Positions 37,867 to 48,529 of a DNA stretch of 64,000 nucleotides are shown one piece after another (positions within the stretch are counted from its first letter, which is position 1; each line of letters opens with the position of its first letter). Origin of the DNA: Planctomycetota bacterium. GTDB taxonomy: Bacteria > Planctomycetota > PLA2 > JAEUHO01. The DNA is taken from positions 224,001 to 288,000 of the forward strand of contig CBDCTJ010000001.1 of NCBI GenBank assembly GCA_965222115.1, written 5' to 3'. The translations under genes and the position numbers were made by a program. The notes under the pieces were generated by a model that made no database searches, was not told the DNA's origin, and saw only the letters and a list, made by a program, of their open reading frames with translations.

Positions 37867-39087
37867 ATGGCCAGAAGAGGGAATCGCGAGCCAAAACGGG
37901 GCCGCGAACGAATCGATGAGTCTTCAAGTCGCGTAGATCGCGCGCAGAAAGTCAGGCGCGCTGCACCTGTTGCGGGTGTAATTCTTGTGGCACTTGTAGC
38001 AGCGGTGATCACCGCAGCGCCTACGCCGTTCGAAGCTGATTTGGCGCTTTTGTCGAATGTCGATGCTCAGAAGCGCCAAGACGCAAGCGATCGCCTGGGA
38101 AAGGGCGGTAGCAAGCAGGCCACAAAGCTCTTGGACGAACTTGCAGGCAAACACTCCGCCGTCACACGCGCCGGTCTTGTACGCTCCCTTTCAAAGCTAC
38201 CTGTGGGTGGTGATCACGTGAGCGCACTTCGCGATCTCTTGGCGAGTGACAATGTCAACATTGCAGCCAGCGCCGCGCTGATTCTTCAGAAGGCGCCAAA
38301 GGCGCGCGACAAGCTCGTTGCTGAACTTTCAAATGTTCTTGCCGATGACCGGGTAGTCGATGGCGTTAAGGCGCGTGCAGCGCGTGCGCTCAAGGGAACC
38401 ACGGGCGCAGGCGCAAAGGCCCTGGAGGCCGCAGCGGCAAGTTCCGGGCTCACCAAGCTTGCCGCCATTCGCACGCTTGGATTCATTCCAACGTCTGGCC
38501 CCGGCAAGCTCGCATCGATCGCCACGGATGAAAAACGCGAAGATCGAGATCGAGTTCTCGCGATGCGCTCTCTTGGTGAAGTCACGGGCAGCAACGCAAG
38601 TTCGGCATCATCCGAGCTCAAGACGCTCGTGAAGAGCAAATCAGGATTTGTGCGCGAGCACGCAACAGCGGCACTTAGCGCGAGAGGCGAGTCCGGAAGC
38701 GCTTCAACGTTTGTCACACTTGCTAAAGATAAGGACGCGCGTGTCCGCCTGGAGGCACTGAGAGCCATTCAGAAGGCAAAGACAGTCTCAAGCGAGAAAG
38801 CCACAGTCAAGACGTTGCTATCCGATTCGGATGTTCGCGTGAAAGAGCTCGCGCTGCGTCTCGCCGCCGCTGAGAAGCCGTGGGACCTGTCCGACGTCAA
38901 GAGCACATTCGTTTCTGAGCTTAGTTCCAAGAACTTCAAGATCCGTCTTCGCTCGGCCTTAGCGCTTGCAGCCTACGGCGACAAGGGCGGGCTTCAAACC
39001 ATGAAGACCGACACAGATTCCTCCACCAAATCCGTCGCGGCCCAAGCCAAGGCAGCGTACGACCTCATAGACAAAATCGAAGAGTAG
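37867..39087 (+). CDS. Signal-anchored HEAT-repeat protein
   Basis: Basic N-terminus, TM helix, then tandem HEAT-like repeats (VREHATAAL, VRLEALRAI, IRLRSALALA). Confidence 0.8.
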   Translation: MARRGNREPKRGRERIDESSSRVDRAQKVRRAAPVAGVILVALVAAVITAAPTPFEADLALLSNVDAQKRQDASDRLGKGGSKQATKLLDELAGKHSAVTRAGLVRSLSKLPVGGDHVSALRDLLASDNVNIAASAALILQKAPKARDKLVAELSNVLADDRVVDGVKARAARALKGTTGAGAKALEAAAASSGLTKLAAIRTLGFIPTSGPGKLASIATDEKREDRDRVLAMRSLGEVTGSNASSASSELKTLVKSKSGFVREHATAALSARGESGSASTFVTLAKDKDARVRLEALRAIQKAKTVSSEKATVKTLLSDSDVRVKELALRLAAAEKPWDLSDVKSTFVSELSSKNFKIRLRSALALAAYGDKGGLQTMKTDTDSSTKSVAAQAKAAYDLIDKIEE

Positions 39088-39143
39088 GGCGAAACGCGGC
39101 ACCGGAAACTATCAAGTAAGGCGTGAGCGAGATTGGGGTAGAC

Positions 39144-42100
39144 ATGGCCAGCAAGAACAGAAACAGTCGAAAGCGTTCAAAGAAGGACAGCCGCCCGGTA
39201 ACGCCTCGCCCATGGGTACACACGCCTCTGGGGTTGGTTGCCGTAGGGCTTGCAACCTATGCACTGGCATTCCTCGTGCTAACTGGTGGCCGTCGCATTC
39301 TTGCTGAGGCGGCGCCTCCAAGTCCGATCGTCATCACCGACTTTGGCATGAAGGACACGAGTACCACGGGAAATCCAAAGGAGTCGTACAACTTGGCCGG
39401 GCAGGCTGGCGGCATCTATCAGGTCGATAACACAAACCGCCACGCGGTTTCATTCACGTCACTAAAGCCCGCCCACTCAAACAACGCGGTTGAGCAGATT
39501 GATTTGGATGAGACTACCGGGGACATCATCTATGGAGCGAACAACGGCGAGATTGTCCGCGTGGACATGACGACGAACACGTCAACCACTGTCGGAACGA
39601 TTTCGGGTGCAGATTTCAAGGTAGCCGCGGCCGACAACAATTCGGCTAGTACAGATGCGTGGGCGATTGACGCCAATTCAAATCAGCTCTACATGATTAA
39701 CAATGCCGGCCCCACCGTGGCTAGCGGCGCTTCCTTTGCGAAGGGTCCGACCGAACTGGCCGGCCCCAAGCCCGGTAACAACAACGTCGTCGCTTTGGGA
39801 GACGGTTCGGCCGAGATATATCGCCTCGATGTGACGCTCTTAGTTGACTACGACGACACGTTTGCCGGTGCCAATGTCGAGCCGACCGGGCTTGCTGTGG
39901 CCGATGCCGACTATTGCTACGTCTCGATTAATGACGGCTCAACGGCAAAAGTATTGCAGGTTGACTTGCGGGCATCGACGTTCGGATTTGTGACGTCTGT
40001 TATGGGGACGTACTCAAACGTGAGTGCGGTGGACATTTCTGTTGCCGGTCCGTGGGTCACCGTGCTCATGTCGGACAGCGCGAACAACGAGACGACTGCG
40101 CGCGTGTTTGATGTGGGCGTTCCAAGTTCGCCGCTTTACGTGGGCAGCGTGGACTTGTCGTTGGGCCACCAGGCCCACGGCGGGTTGACCACACAACTCG
40201 ACGGCGGCGGAACCCTTGACGACTTGGAGTTCATGTGGGCCAATCTCACTCAGGACATGAGCGTTACGACGGGTCGTGATGTTGAAGGCGAGTGGACATT
40301 TGGGTCTGCGAGCAGCGTCCCTCCGGGCGGCGTGTTTCCCACGATCACGGCGGCGGCGTCGGGCGCGTATGGCATGGAAGCGCTCACCTGTGTGTGGCCG
40401 TGCCCTCCTTTTGGACCCGATTCACAAGGCCCTGTTGCCGGCCCCACGCCACCAGCCCACACCGCATCCACGCCTCATAGTGTTCAGCTCAGCACGGGCG
40501 AAGAAGTGCTGATTCACCGACTGGTTTCGATTCCCGGTCGCGGCATGGATCTAGACCTCACGCTTACGTACCGATCGCGGCGAGATTTTTCGGGGCGCTA
40601 CGGCAACAGTTGGTTCCTCAATCAAGACGTGCGGATGAAGACCGAGACGAACGGGGATATGACGTATCAAAGCCCCTATGGGCGTGTGGATACGTATGTC
40701 AAATCCGGGAGCACGTTCATTCCGCCCACGCACTACGACACCACGCTTGCGCCGTCGGGATCTAACCACACCGTTACCGATCGATTGGGCCGCGTGAGCA
40801 CGTTTAATGCAAACGGGCAGCGGATAAGTCTGGCCGATCGCTATGGCAATACACACACTTATACCTACACGGGCGACAAGCTGACTCAGATCACGGATTC
40901 GCTGAATCGCAACATTTCACTCAACTACGACGCGATGGGGCGGCTTTCAAGTGTGGTTGACTTCGGCGGCCGCACGTGGACATTTTCCTATAACTACATG
41001 GGGGACCTCCGGACGATCACGAGTCCGGTTTCCGCACAGTTTTCCTCGGGGCGCACGGTGCGCTATTCCTACAGCGCCAACCACGCACAGACGCGCTTCA
41101 AGTCGAACCTGATTCACGTGGAAAACGCCAAGGGCGAAGTCGTTCAGACGCTTGAGTACGACGAGAACGACATGGTGGTAAAGGAGGCGCTTGGTCCGGG
41201 CGAATACACAATTTCGTATGACGTTCCCAACAAGCGGACGACCGTAGTTGACCGCGCGGGAAATACAACGCGCTGGACTTTTGGTTCCTTCGCGGTGCCC
41301 ACGGAAAAGAAGGTCTATACCAAGGGTCTGCGTACCGGCGAGCCGACTGACTTCACCACGACGTATACGGTGAACGCAACCACCGGCATGACCACGGCTG
41401 TGGTATATCCGCGCGGAAACCGGACCGACTATACGTATGACAGTTCGCTCAATCTAACGGAGGTCCGGCACCGGACGACGGACACCAGCACCAACAGTGG
41501 CACGGACCTCGTAACCTCTTACCAGTACACGGGCCAATACAACCAAGTGAGCCAAGTGACCGACCCCAAGGGAAACGTCACCACCATGACGGTGGACTCT
41601 TCTGGCAACACGACGGCCGTATCGCGACCCACGGTCACCCAGCCGACGAACCAGTCCATCGCAGAGACCTATGCTTACGATTCATACGGGCGCATCACGT
41701 CGGCGACAGACGCCGAGAGCCGCGTGACAAATTTCGTTTACTACACGACGGGTTCCCAGAACGGATACTTGCACAAAGTCATTCGTGATCCTGGCGGGCT
41801 GGCGATCACCACGACATTTCAATATGATCAGTATGGAAACGTAACCTCTGTAACAGGCCCGAATGGCGCCACCACAACGATTACGGTGGACGCCGAAAAT
41901 TTTGTTACCCAGATACAAGCGCCTACGCCGCTTAACTACAAACGCAAGTTCACCTACGATGCCAATCGAAATCTCACGCTGCTTGAAACGGAGAACCGCG
42001 ACAAGAACGGCACGCTTGATGCCACTACGCCCTGGATTGAGACAAGTTATACGTACAACGAAATGGGCTGGCGCTTGACTGCCACCCAAGATCTGACGTC

Positions 42101-45100
42101 CTCAAGCCAAGCGGTAACGACGTATGAATACGACGGCGAGGGCAAGGTCACCAAAATTCAAAGCCCGACGGGCGACGAGACGAAGATCGAGTACGACGAG
42201 CGGGCGTTGCTCTTCAAGCTCACGCGCGGTTATGGCGCGACCGAGGCATCGACGATTCAAGTGGATTACGATGCCAACGGCAATCGCAGCAAGACGATTA
42301 ATGGAGAAGGCGACGCGACGAATTTCACGTACGATCTCTTTGACCGTGCGACGAAACGGACAAACGCGCTGAGTCATTATGTTTCTTGGACCTATGATAA
42401 GAACGGAAACGTCCTAACGGCTGCGGCCTACAATGCCTCGAACGTGCTTCAGGCCAAGACGACGAACCACTTTGATGAGGTGAATCGGCTCTGGAAGCGC
42501 GTCAAGGATCGTTTCGGATCTGGGCTCACGCCGAGCTACCCGACGGTCACTATCCAGCACGACAAAACGGGCCGCGTCACGGAGATCAAAGATCCGCTCA
42601 ACAATAAGACGACCTATCTCTATGACAATGCGGGGCGCCAGATTAAGGTCCAAGACGCCGTTGGAAATGAAACCGAGTGGATCCTCGATGCGCGCGGGCT
42701 CGCCACCAAGATCAAGCGCAAGGACATTCCTACGGCAGGTGGATCCGAGACTTTTGAAACCGAGTTTGTCTATGATGCTCTGGGCCGTCTCACGTCCAGG
42801 CGCGAGATCGACCGGCTCAACGCTTCGAACATTTTGACAACGAGTTTTTCGTATGACAGTCGCGGAAATTTGACCTTCCGCGTTGATGCCGAGGGGAGTC
42901 CTGTTCGCTGGGGTTACGACCTTGCGAACCGCCAAACAAGTTATGAGCGTGCGCTTGCCATTGGTACGTCGATTGACGATTTCACCAATAGCATTCTCGA
43001 GACGGCGAGCTTCGATGCGTCAGGCCGCATGACGTCAGTCACGGACGACAATCTAAACACGACGTCCTATTCTTATGACGCCCTTTCGCGCGTATTCAAG
43101 ACGACCTTTGCCGACGCGAAGTTCGTGACCCGAACTTTCGATAAGAACGATCGCGTCAAGACCTTGACGGATCAGAACGGCACGGTGGTTACCAATACTT
43201 ATGATGTGCTCAGTCGCTTGACCTCGCGCGCAGTCAATCGCGCCACCGGTGTCTTGGGAACGACGTCAGAGACCTATTCTTACGATGCGCTAAACCGCAT
43301 GCTCACCGCAAAAGACAATGACTATGAGGTGCAGTTCACGTATGACAGCGTGGGTAACGAGTTGAAGGAAACGCAGGGCTACACGGTGACAGGCCAAGAG
43401 AAGTGGCGCACCGTCACTTCGACGTATACCGACGCGGGCTCTCGCAGCGCGATTCAGTATCCCAGTGCCTTCAGTGTGCTTCACCAGCGTGACGCGATCT
43501 ACCGCATGACGGCGATGGTGGATTCCGCAGCCTCCACGAACATCGCAAGCTTCACATTCCAGGGCGCCGACCGCCTAGCCAAGACGACCAACCAGAACGC
43601 GACCACGACGGATCACGGATACGATGGCTTTGCGCGTCTCTCGCAGCTCGACCACAAGAACGGATCGAGCCAGAGCTTCCACACATTCGACTATTTGTAT
43701 GACAAAGTCCACAACCGTCGGATGGAGAAGAACTCGTTCAACTCTACTTGGATCAACTCGTTGCCGACCGGGATCCAGCCATTTCTGAACGCTCGAAACG
43801 GCAAGGGCGATGTCTATGCCTACGATATGGCCTACCGCATGGTGGACACGCGTTACGATGTGACCAATCCCGCAACGGAAGTGGCGACGCCGGGTTCGCA
43901 GACCTACGTTACCAAGCAGGTCTACACGCTCGATGGCTTGGGCAATCGGAGCCAGACGCAGCAGACTCCATGGGGCGGCTCGGCCACGACGGTTAGTTAC
44001 TCGTTCAACGCCATGAATGAGTACACGGCGATCGGCGGCACCTCGCGCACGCACGATAGCAATGGCAATCTAACCGACGACGGCACGCAGACGTACCACT
44101 ACGATTATAAGAATCGTTTGGTCGAGGTGAGGGTCAGTGGATCGAGCACAGTTATTGCCAAGTACAAATACGACGCACTTGGCCGGCGGGTTGAAAAGCA
44201 CGTCGTCTCCGGCGCGGTCACGACGCGCTACATTCTCGATGGCCAGGACATCGTCGAGGAGTTTGACGGCAACAATACCTGGCTTGCGCGTTACTTTCAC
44301 GAGGACCGCATTGACCATCCGCGGGCGATGGATCGCGCAGACATCTCGGATGTGGATGGCGACAGCAATACGTCGGAGATTCTTCGGTTCACGTATCACC
44401 AGAATGCGCTTGGAAACGTGAGCGAGATTTCCGCGCCCAGTGGCGGCGTGGTTGAGTGGGTGACGTACGACGTCTATGGAAAGGCGACCGTTCGGAACTC
44501 GGCGGGGACGACGCAGGGGTCGAGTTACGTGGGAAATCCGTTCCTGTTCACGGGGCGAGAATTCGACGCCGAGTCAGGAATGTACCACTATCGCGCCAGG
44601 GCGTATGACCCCGAGGCAGGAAGGTTCTTGCAGGTAGATCCGTTGGGGTATGTGGATGGACTCTCATTCTATCAGTACGCAGGCAGCAACCCTGCATCTC
44701 GAGTAGATCCACGTGGTACTTGGTCCTTCGCAGGTCCGATGTTAGCAGCCGCGTTAGAGAAGTATGCAAAGGAGAATGGTTGGGACGGAGAAGACCCTGA
44801 AGAGATTTGGGATTACTGGGATGACTTCGTAACCGATTCACGAGTTGCTTGTTGGTTAAGAGGCGCTGAGCGGCGGATCAAGAAAAAGTCACAGAAACAT
44901 AAAATCTATGAAAAGGAAGGAGGGTACGAAGAGGCAAAGAGTGACTTTGATGAGCTCACAGGTGGGAAGTCCGAAGATCGAGGCGAAACACCGAAAACTG
45001 GTGAGATGCGGTCGGGAGAATTGCCGAACGGTACTCCCGTGACGATACGCGAAAAGAGCAAGGAGGGGCCTCCATCGGTAGAGATTCATCCAAAGAAGGG

Positions 45101-45149
45101 TAAGGGCACAAAAGTTCGCTACAAGAACGTGGAGCAGGACTCAAAGTGA
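39144..45149 (+). CDS. RHS/YD-repeat polymorphic toxin with N-terminal signal anchor, DUF6531-like region and variable C-terminus
   Basis: SVQLSTGEE...LTYRS...GNSW; many YD repeats; core end FTGREFDAESGMYHYRARAYDPEAGRFLQVDPLG...YQYAGSNPASRVDPRG. Confidence 0.93.
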   Translation: MASKNRNSRKRSKKDSRPVTPRPWVHTPLGLVAVGLATYALAFLVLTGGRRILAEAAPPSPIVITDFGMKDTSTTGNPKESYNLAGQAGGIYQVDNTNRHAVSFTSLKPAHSNNAVEQIDLDETTGDIIYGANNGEIVRVDMTTNTSTTVGTISGADFKVAAADNNSASTDAWAIDANSNQLYMINNAGPTVASGASFAKGPTELAGPKPGNNNVVALGDGSAEIYRLDVTLLVDYDDTFAGANVEPTGLAVADADYCYVSINDGSTAKVLQVDLRASTFGFVTSVMGTYSNVSAVDISVAGPWVTVLMSDSANNETTARVFDVGVPSSPLYVGSVDLSLGHQAHGGLTTQLDGGGTLDDLEFMWANLTQDMSVTTGRDVEGEWTFGSASSVPPGGVFPTITAAASGAYGMEALTCVWPCPPFGPDSQGPVAGPTPPAHTASTPHSVQLSTGEEVLIHRLVSIPGRGMDLDLTLTYRSRRDFSGRYGNSWFLNQDVRMKTETNGDMTYQSPYGRVDTYVKSGSTFIPPTHYDTTLAPSGSNHTVTDRLGRVSTFNANGQRISLADRYGNTHTYTYTGDKLTQITDSLNRNISLNYDAMGRLSSVVDFGGRTWTFSYNYMGDLRTITSPVSAQFSSGRTVRYSYSANHAQTRFKSNLIHVENAKGEVVQTLEYDENDMVVKEALGPGEYTISYDVPNKRTTVVDRAGNTTRWTFGSFAVPTEKKVYTKGLRTGEPTDFTTTYTVNATTGMTTAVVYPRGNRTDYTYDSSLNLTEVRHRTTDTSTNSGTDLVTSYQYTGQYNQVSQVTDPKGNVTTMTVDSSGNTTAVSRPTVTQPTNQSIAETYAYDSYGRITSATDAESRVTNFVYYTTGSQNGYLHKVIRDPGGLAITTTFQYDQYGNVTSVTGPNGATTTITVDAENFVTQIQAPTPLNYKRKFTYDANRNLTLLETENRDKNGTLDATTPWIETSYTYNEMGWRLTATQDLTSSSQAVTTYEYDGEGKVTKIQSPTGDETKIEYDERALLFKLTRGYGATEASTIQVDYDANGNRSKTINGEGDATNFTYDLFDRATKRTNALSHYVSWTYDKNGNVLTAAAYNASNVLQAKTTNHFDEVNRLWKRVKDRFGSGLTPSYPTVTIQHDKTGRVTEIKDPLNNKTTYLYDNAGRQIKVQDAVGNETEWILDARGLATKIKRKDIPTAGGSETFETEFVYDALGRLTSRREIDRLNASNILTTSFSYDSRGNLTFRVDAEGSPVRWGYDLANRQTSYERALAIGTSIDDFTNSILETASFDASGRMTSVTDDNLNTTSYSYDALSRVFKTTFADAKFVTRTFDKNDRVKTLTDQNGTVVTNTYDVLSRLTSRAVNRATGVLGTTSETYSYDALNRMLTAKDNDYEVQFTYDSVGNELKETQGYTVTGQEKWRTVTSTYTDAGSRSAIQYPSAFSVLHQRDAIYRMTAMVDSAASTNIASFTFQGADRLAKTTNQNATTTDHGYDGFARLSQLDHKNGSSQSFHTFDYLYDKVHNRRMEKNSFNSTWINSLPTGIQPFLNARNGKGDVYAYDMAYRMVDTRYDVTNPATEVATPGSQTYVTKQVYTLDGLGNRSQTQQTPWGGSATTVSYSFNAMNEYTAIGGTSRTHDSNGNLTDDGTQTYHYDYKNRLVEVRVSGSSTVIAKYKYDALGRRVEKHVVSGAVTTRYILDGQDIVEEFDGNNTWLARYFHEDRIDHPRAMDRADISDVDGDSNTSEILRFTYHQNALGNVSEISAPSGGVVEWVTYDVYGKATVRNSAGTTQGSSYVGNPFLFTGREFDAESGMYHYRARAYDPEAGRFLQVDPLGYVDGLSFYQYAGSNPASRVDPRGTWSFAGPMLAAALEKYAKENGWDGEDPEEIWDYWDDFVTDSRVACWLRGAERRIKKKSQKHKIYEKEGGYEEAKSDFDELTGGKSEDRGETPKTGEMRSGELPNGTPVTIREKSKEGPPSVEIHPKKGKGTKVRYKNVEQDSK

Positions 45150-45691
45150 ATGCCAATGATGAGTTAGAACAGAAGAACGCTGTTGACGTCAAACAATGGC
45201 GAGAAATGGCAATGGGTGATAGCGAGTTTTATCGTCCAGAGTTCCTGTATACGGTGCGGTGGGGCGCTGTTCCAGTTGAGTCCGCGTGGCACTTCGACGA
45301 GAACGATGTTCGATTGATTTCTTCGGCGGCAATGGTGTTAGGAGAGCGGTCTATGTATGCGGCTCCATTAGAACCGTACAAAGGTATCCCCGAACGTAGA
45401 GTATTTTCGACTACCCCAAATGGATTGAGCAAATTTCAGGAAGAATATGGGCCATACGATTTCCTGCTTCTTGGCGAAGATAGGAGTTTTTCGGTGATAT
45501 GTACAAGCGATTACTATTTCGTACTTGCTGGCCCTCGCGAATTTCTTGAGCGTGCGGCGGGCTTGAGCACGACGGCTGCAATAGAAAAGTTCCAAGCAGA
45601 CAGTCAAGTAGATGGCCGCACTGAGCGAGAAAAAGAGCTTGGTCGGAAATTGGTGAAGTGGTGCAATGGCGCCGTGGCCAACATGATGTAG
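45146..45691 (+). CDS. Putative cognate immunity protein
   Basis: GTGA overlap with the RHS stop; AT-richer composition shared with the toxin tip. Confidence 0.7.
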   Translation: MNANDELEQKNAVDVKQWREMAMGDSEFYRPEFLYTVRWGAVPVESAWHFDENDVRLISSAAMVLGERSMYAAPLEPYKGIPERRVFSTTPNGLSKFQEEYGPYDFLLLGEDRSFSVICTSDYYFVLAGPREFLERAAGLSTTAAIEKFQADSQVDGRTEREKELGRKLVKWCNGAVANMM

Positions 45692-46684
45692 CAGTGTGCG
45701 TTCTTTGGAAGTGTCATAAATTTTGTGTACGGAGCGTCGTTCGATCCCCACCGGATAGGACGTGTTCAGAATGCCGTGCCGCGTTTTCTTCCACCAACTT
45801 CGTGACTTTCGACTTGCGCGTCCGAGTACGTTCCGCATAATTCACCGGTGCGACTCGGCCAAAGAATGACGGTCGTGGAGACGAAGAGCAGTTTCGGGGC
45901 CCAACCACTACTTTGATATCTTCAAGAGAGTCGAGTACATCGCCTTGTCACGGCAAACTAAAGAAATGCGCCAGTCGCCCACTACCGCACCGTCTGCGTC
46001 GACTGATATGGACGGCTTGCATTCCCGCAGCAGTTCCCGCGATCATCATGTCTATTGAATTCGTAAGCAACAATCAGCGCGCGTTGCCAAAGCCATTTAC
46101 ATGGATTCGACCTCACGTAGAAGCGCCAGCGTTGGTAACAGAGCCAATCGACAATACGTCGCTGTATCTCATTGAACGGATGCACCCGTATTCAGCGCGA
46201 GCGGCTACACCAAGAAACCAGCAAGTATCTGCGCCGACCATCCCACTCCTACGCGCCTTCGCCGTCTCCATGTGGATACACGGCGCATCCGGAACACCGT
46301 GCCTCTTCGCTGCAAAGATCCAGCCCACGACATCGCCTACTGCATTGGCACCGACAACCCTGATCGAGACGTGAAGTTGGTACGAGTGGATGTGGACGAC
46401 AAACTTGCGCAGTTTACTGTTAGTCGCGGCGATGAGCAGCACACGTTCAGGTTCGATCGAAGCCGTGAGTTTAACAGCAGCGTGATTCGATTCCATCCGC
46501 CAGGATCACGCCAAAGCGGCGACATCAATCACGCCCAAGCAGTCGCAAGCTCCAAGCACCCCGACCTCAAAGCCGTTCCTTACTTCAATAACCGCGGCAA
46601 GTGCATTGGCATGCAGTACGCGTCCCATCAACCCATGTTGTGCGGGCTGGTTTGATTTGAGAACCTCTTGGCGGAGGTTCAAAC

Positions 46685-47097
46685 ATGAAGAACAAGCTTG
46701 GACAGAAGATTCGATTACTGCGTGGCGAGGAGCGCCGTGCGGTGCTTGAAGAACTCATGGAGCGGTTTCGGAGCTCGGGCAAGACAGCCACGGCGTTTAG
46801 CCAAGAGATAGGAACGACCGCTACGTCATTCGGTCGATGGCGAGCTGAGGTTCGTAACTCGTCGAGTTAGAGTCTGCTCCGACATTCGTGGAGCTCGGTA
46901 AGGAGAGCGCCGGGAACTTCGAAGTGGTGCTCGCCTCAGGCATTCGGGTGGCGGTGCCGAGCGGATTTCGAGCCGACGAGCTCCGTCGCATCCTTCAAGT
47001 TCTCGCCTCCTGATGCTCAGTTTCCCCGCCTCGATTCGGATCTTTGTTGCCGTCGGTGTGACCGATATGCGCAAGAGTTTTGATGGGTTAGCTCAGC
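46685..47097 (+). mobile_element. IS66-family remnant (frameshifted tnpA and 5' end of tnpB)
   Basis: RFRSSGKTATAFSQEIG..SFGRWR / FVEL...EVVLASGIRVAVP; TGATG-coupled MLSFPASIRIFVAVGVTDMRKSFDGLA from 47013; no tnpC. Confidence 0.8.
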
Positions 47098-47210
47098 GGG
47101 ACCGATTTATCGTCTCGCGCGCTGCGATGCTGCCATCCGTAGAGGTTCGCCGGCGGCGAAATCGTGGTTAAAGTCCTTGCCCCGCGACAACGCGGCCCTC
47201 GGAGTTCCCT

Positions 47211-47519
47211 ATGAAAACGTTCGGCCTCAACTACGACGTAAAGCCCGATCGCATTGACGATTTTAAGGACTACGCACTCGGCGTACTCGCCGCGATGGAC
47301 GGCTTTGAAGGACACGAAGAGACGCGCCTATACATCGACGCGCAGAAGCCGCACTCGATGATGATTTATTCACGCTGGGATACGGTCGAGAACTTTGGAA
47401 AGTTCATGCGCTCGGCTGAGTTCAAAGGCGTGAAGGGCGACACGCGCGACATGCTTATGGGCCGCCCGTCTCACAAAGTGTATGAACAAACAAATGATTT
47501 GGATCGCATGCGCGGCTAG
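47211..47519 (+). CDS. Antibiotic biosynthesis monooxygenase (ABM) family protein
   Basis: Ferredoxin-like pattern YDVKP...GFEG...YSRWDT.E.F.KFMRS.EF; GGAG RBS. Confidence 0.8.
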   Translation: MKTFGLNYDVKPDRIDDFKDYALGVLAAMDGFEGHEETRLYIDAQKPHSMMIYSRWDTVENFGKFMRSAEFKGVKGDTRDMLMGRPSHKVYEQTNDLDRMRG

Positions 47520-47567
47520 CAACACGCGACGACCGCATGTGTCCCCACACAAGAATTGACACGTGCC

Positions 47568-48458
47568 ATGATCACTACTCGGCGACTTGATGAATCCGAT
47601 CGCGACGCGCTTGTCGGGTTTTTACAATCCGCACCTGACGAAACGATGTTTCTGCAGGGAAACTTCGAACATTCGGGGTTTGTGGACGAACCACGACGGT
47701 ACTGCGCGTTGTATGTGGGCGGATTCGATGCAACCGGCACACTCTGTGGTGTGGCTGCAGCCTGCTGGAATAAGAATTACATCGTCTATGCCCCCACCGG
47801 TGCGGCTGAAATCGTAGACGCCGCGTGGCGTATCCGTGGGGATGTGATGGCGATGGTGCTGGGCCCCCACGCCCAAATCCAAGCAGTGCTGAAGGGACTC
47901 GGACTGACGGATGTGCCAACCGCCATTCGAGGCCGCGAAGTGCTCTATTCCCTTGAGCTCGATCGGCTTCGGGTACCGAACGCGTTGTCCGAGTGTCGCG
48001 TAACCTCGCGGATGGCGACCACGGAAGACCTGGACGTCGTTGCACCCTGGTTTGAAGGCTACGCGCGGGAAGCGCTAGGCATTCAAGGCGAGGGCGCCGA
48101 CTGGTCCGCAGGTGTGCGGGAGCGCGCCAAGGGGCAAATCGAGCGAAACAACGTGTGGCTGTTGCTCGACGACGGGGTTCCGGTCTCAAAGACCGAGTTC
48201 AATACGCGCACAAGCACATGCGTGCAGGTTGGTGGGGTTTGGACGCCGCCGGAGCTCAGAAGTCGGGGTTATGCAGCCGCTGTCGTAGCCGCAAGCCTGC
48301 TAGATATGCAGCGCGAAGGCAAAACGCGCAGCGTGCTATTCACGCCCGAAGAGAACGCGCCGGCACGTCGGTGCTACGAGGGTCTGGGATACGAAGAGGC
48401 GGGCGACTATTGCGTACACGGTTTCGCCGAGCCGGTGAGCCGCAACAGGGGGTCGTAG
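47568..48458 (+). CDS. GNAT family N-acetyltransferase
   Basis: QVGGVWTPPELRSRGYA, N.PARRCYEGLGY. Confidence 0.88.
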   Translation: MITTRRLDESDRDALVGFLQSAPDETMFLQGNFEHSGFVDEPRRYCALYVGGFDATGTLCGVAAACWNKNYIVYAPTGAAEIVDAAWRIRGDVMAMVLGPHAQIQAVLKGLGLTDVPTAIRGREVLYSLELDRLRVPNALSECRVTSRMATTEDLDVVAPWFEGYAREALGIQGEGADWSAGVRERAKGQIERNNVWLLLDDGVPVSKTEFNTRTSTCVQVGGVWTPPELRSRGYAAAVVAASLLDMQREGKTRSVLFTPEENAPARRCYEGLGYEEAGDYCVHGFAEPVSRNRGS

Positions 48459-48529
48459 GCCGCCTCCTACGAGGTGTTTTGCGTTTCTATGACCCGGGGT
48501 TGGGGGGTGGCCCCCGCTACGATTTCGAC

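Noticed and set aside
45692-46660. Orphan RHS tips or extra immunity genes
   Set aside because: No RHS core motif or convincing ORF recognised; left unannotated
48155-48529. N-terminal extension of the FtsK-like ORF
   Set aside because: Overlaps the GNAT gene in another frame; ATG at 48530 precedes the first TM
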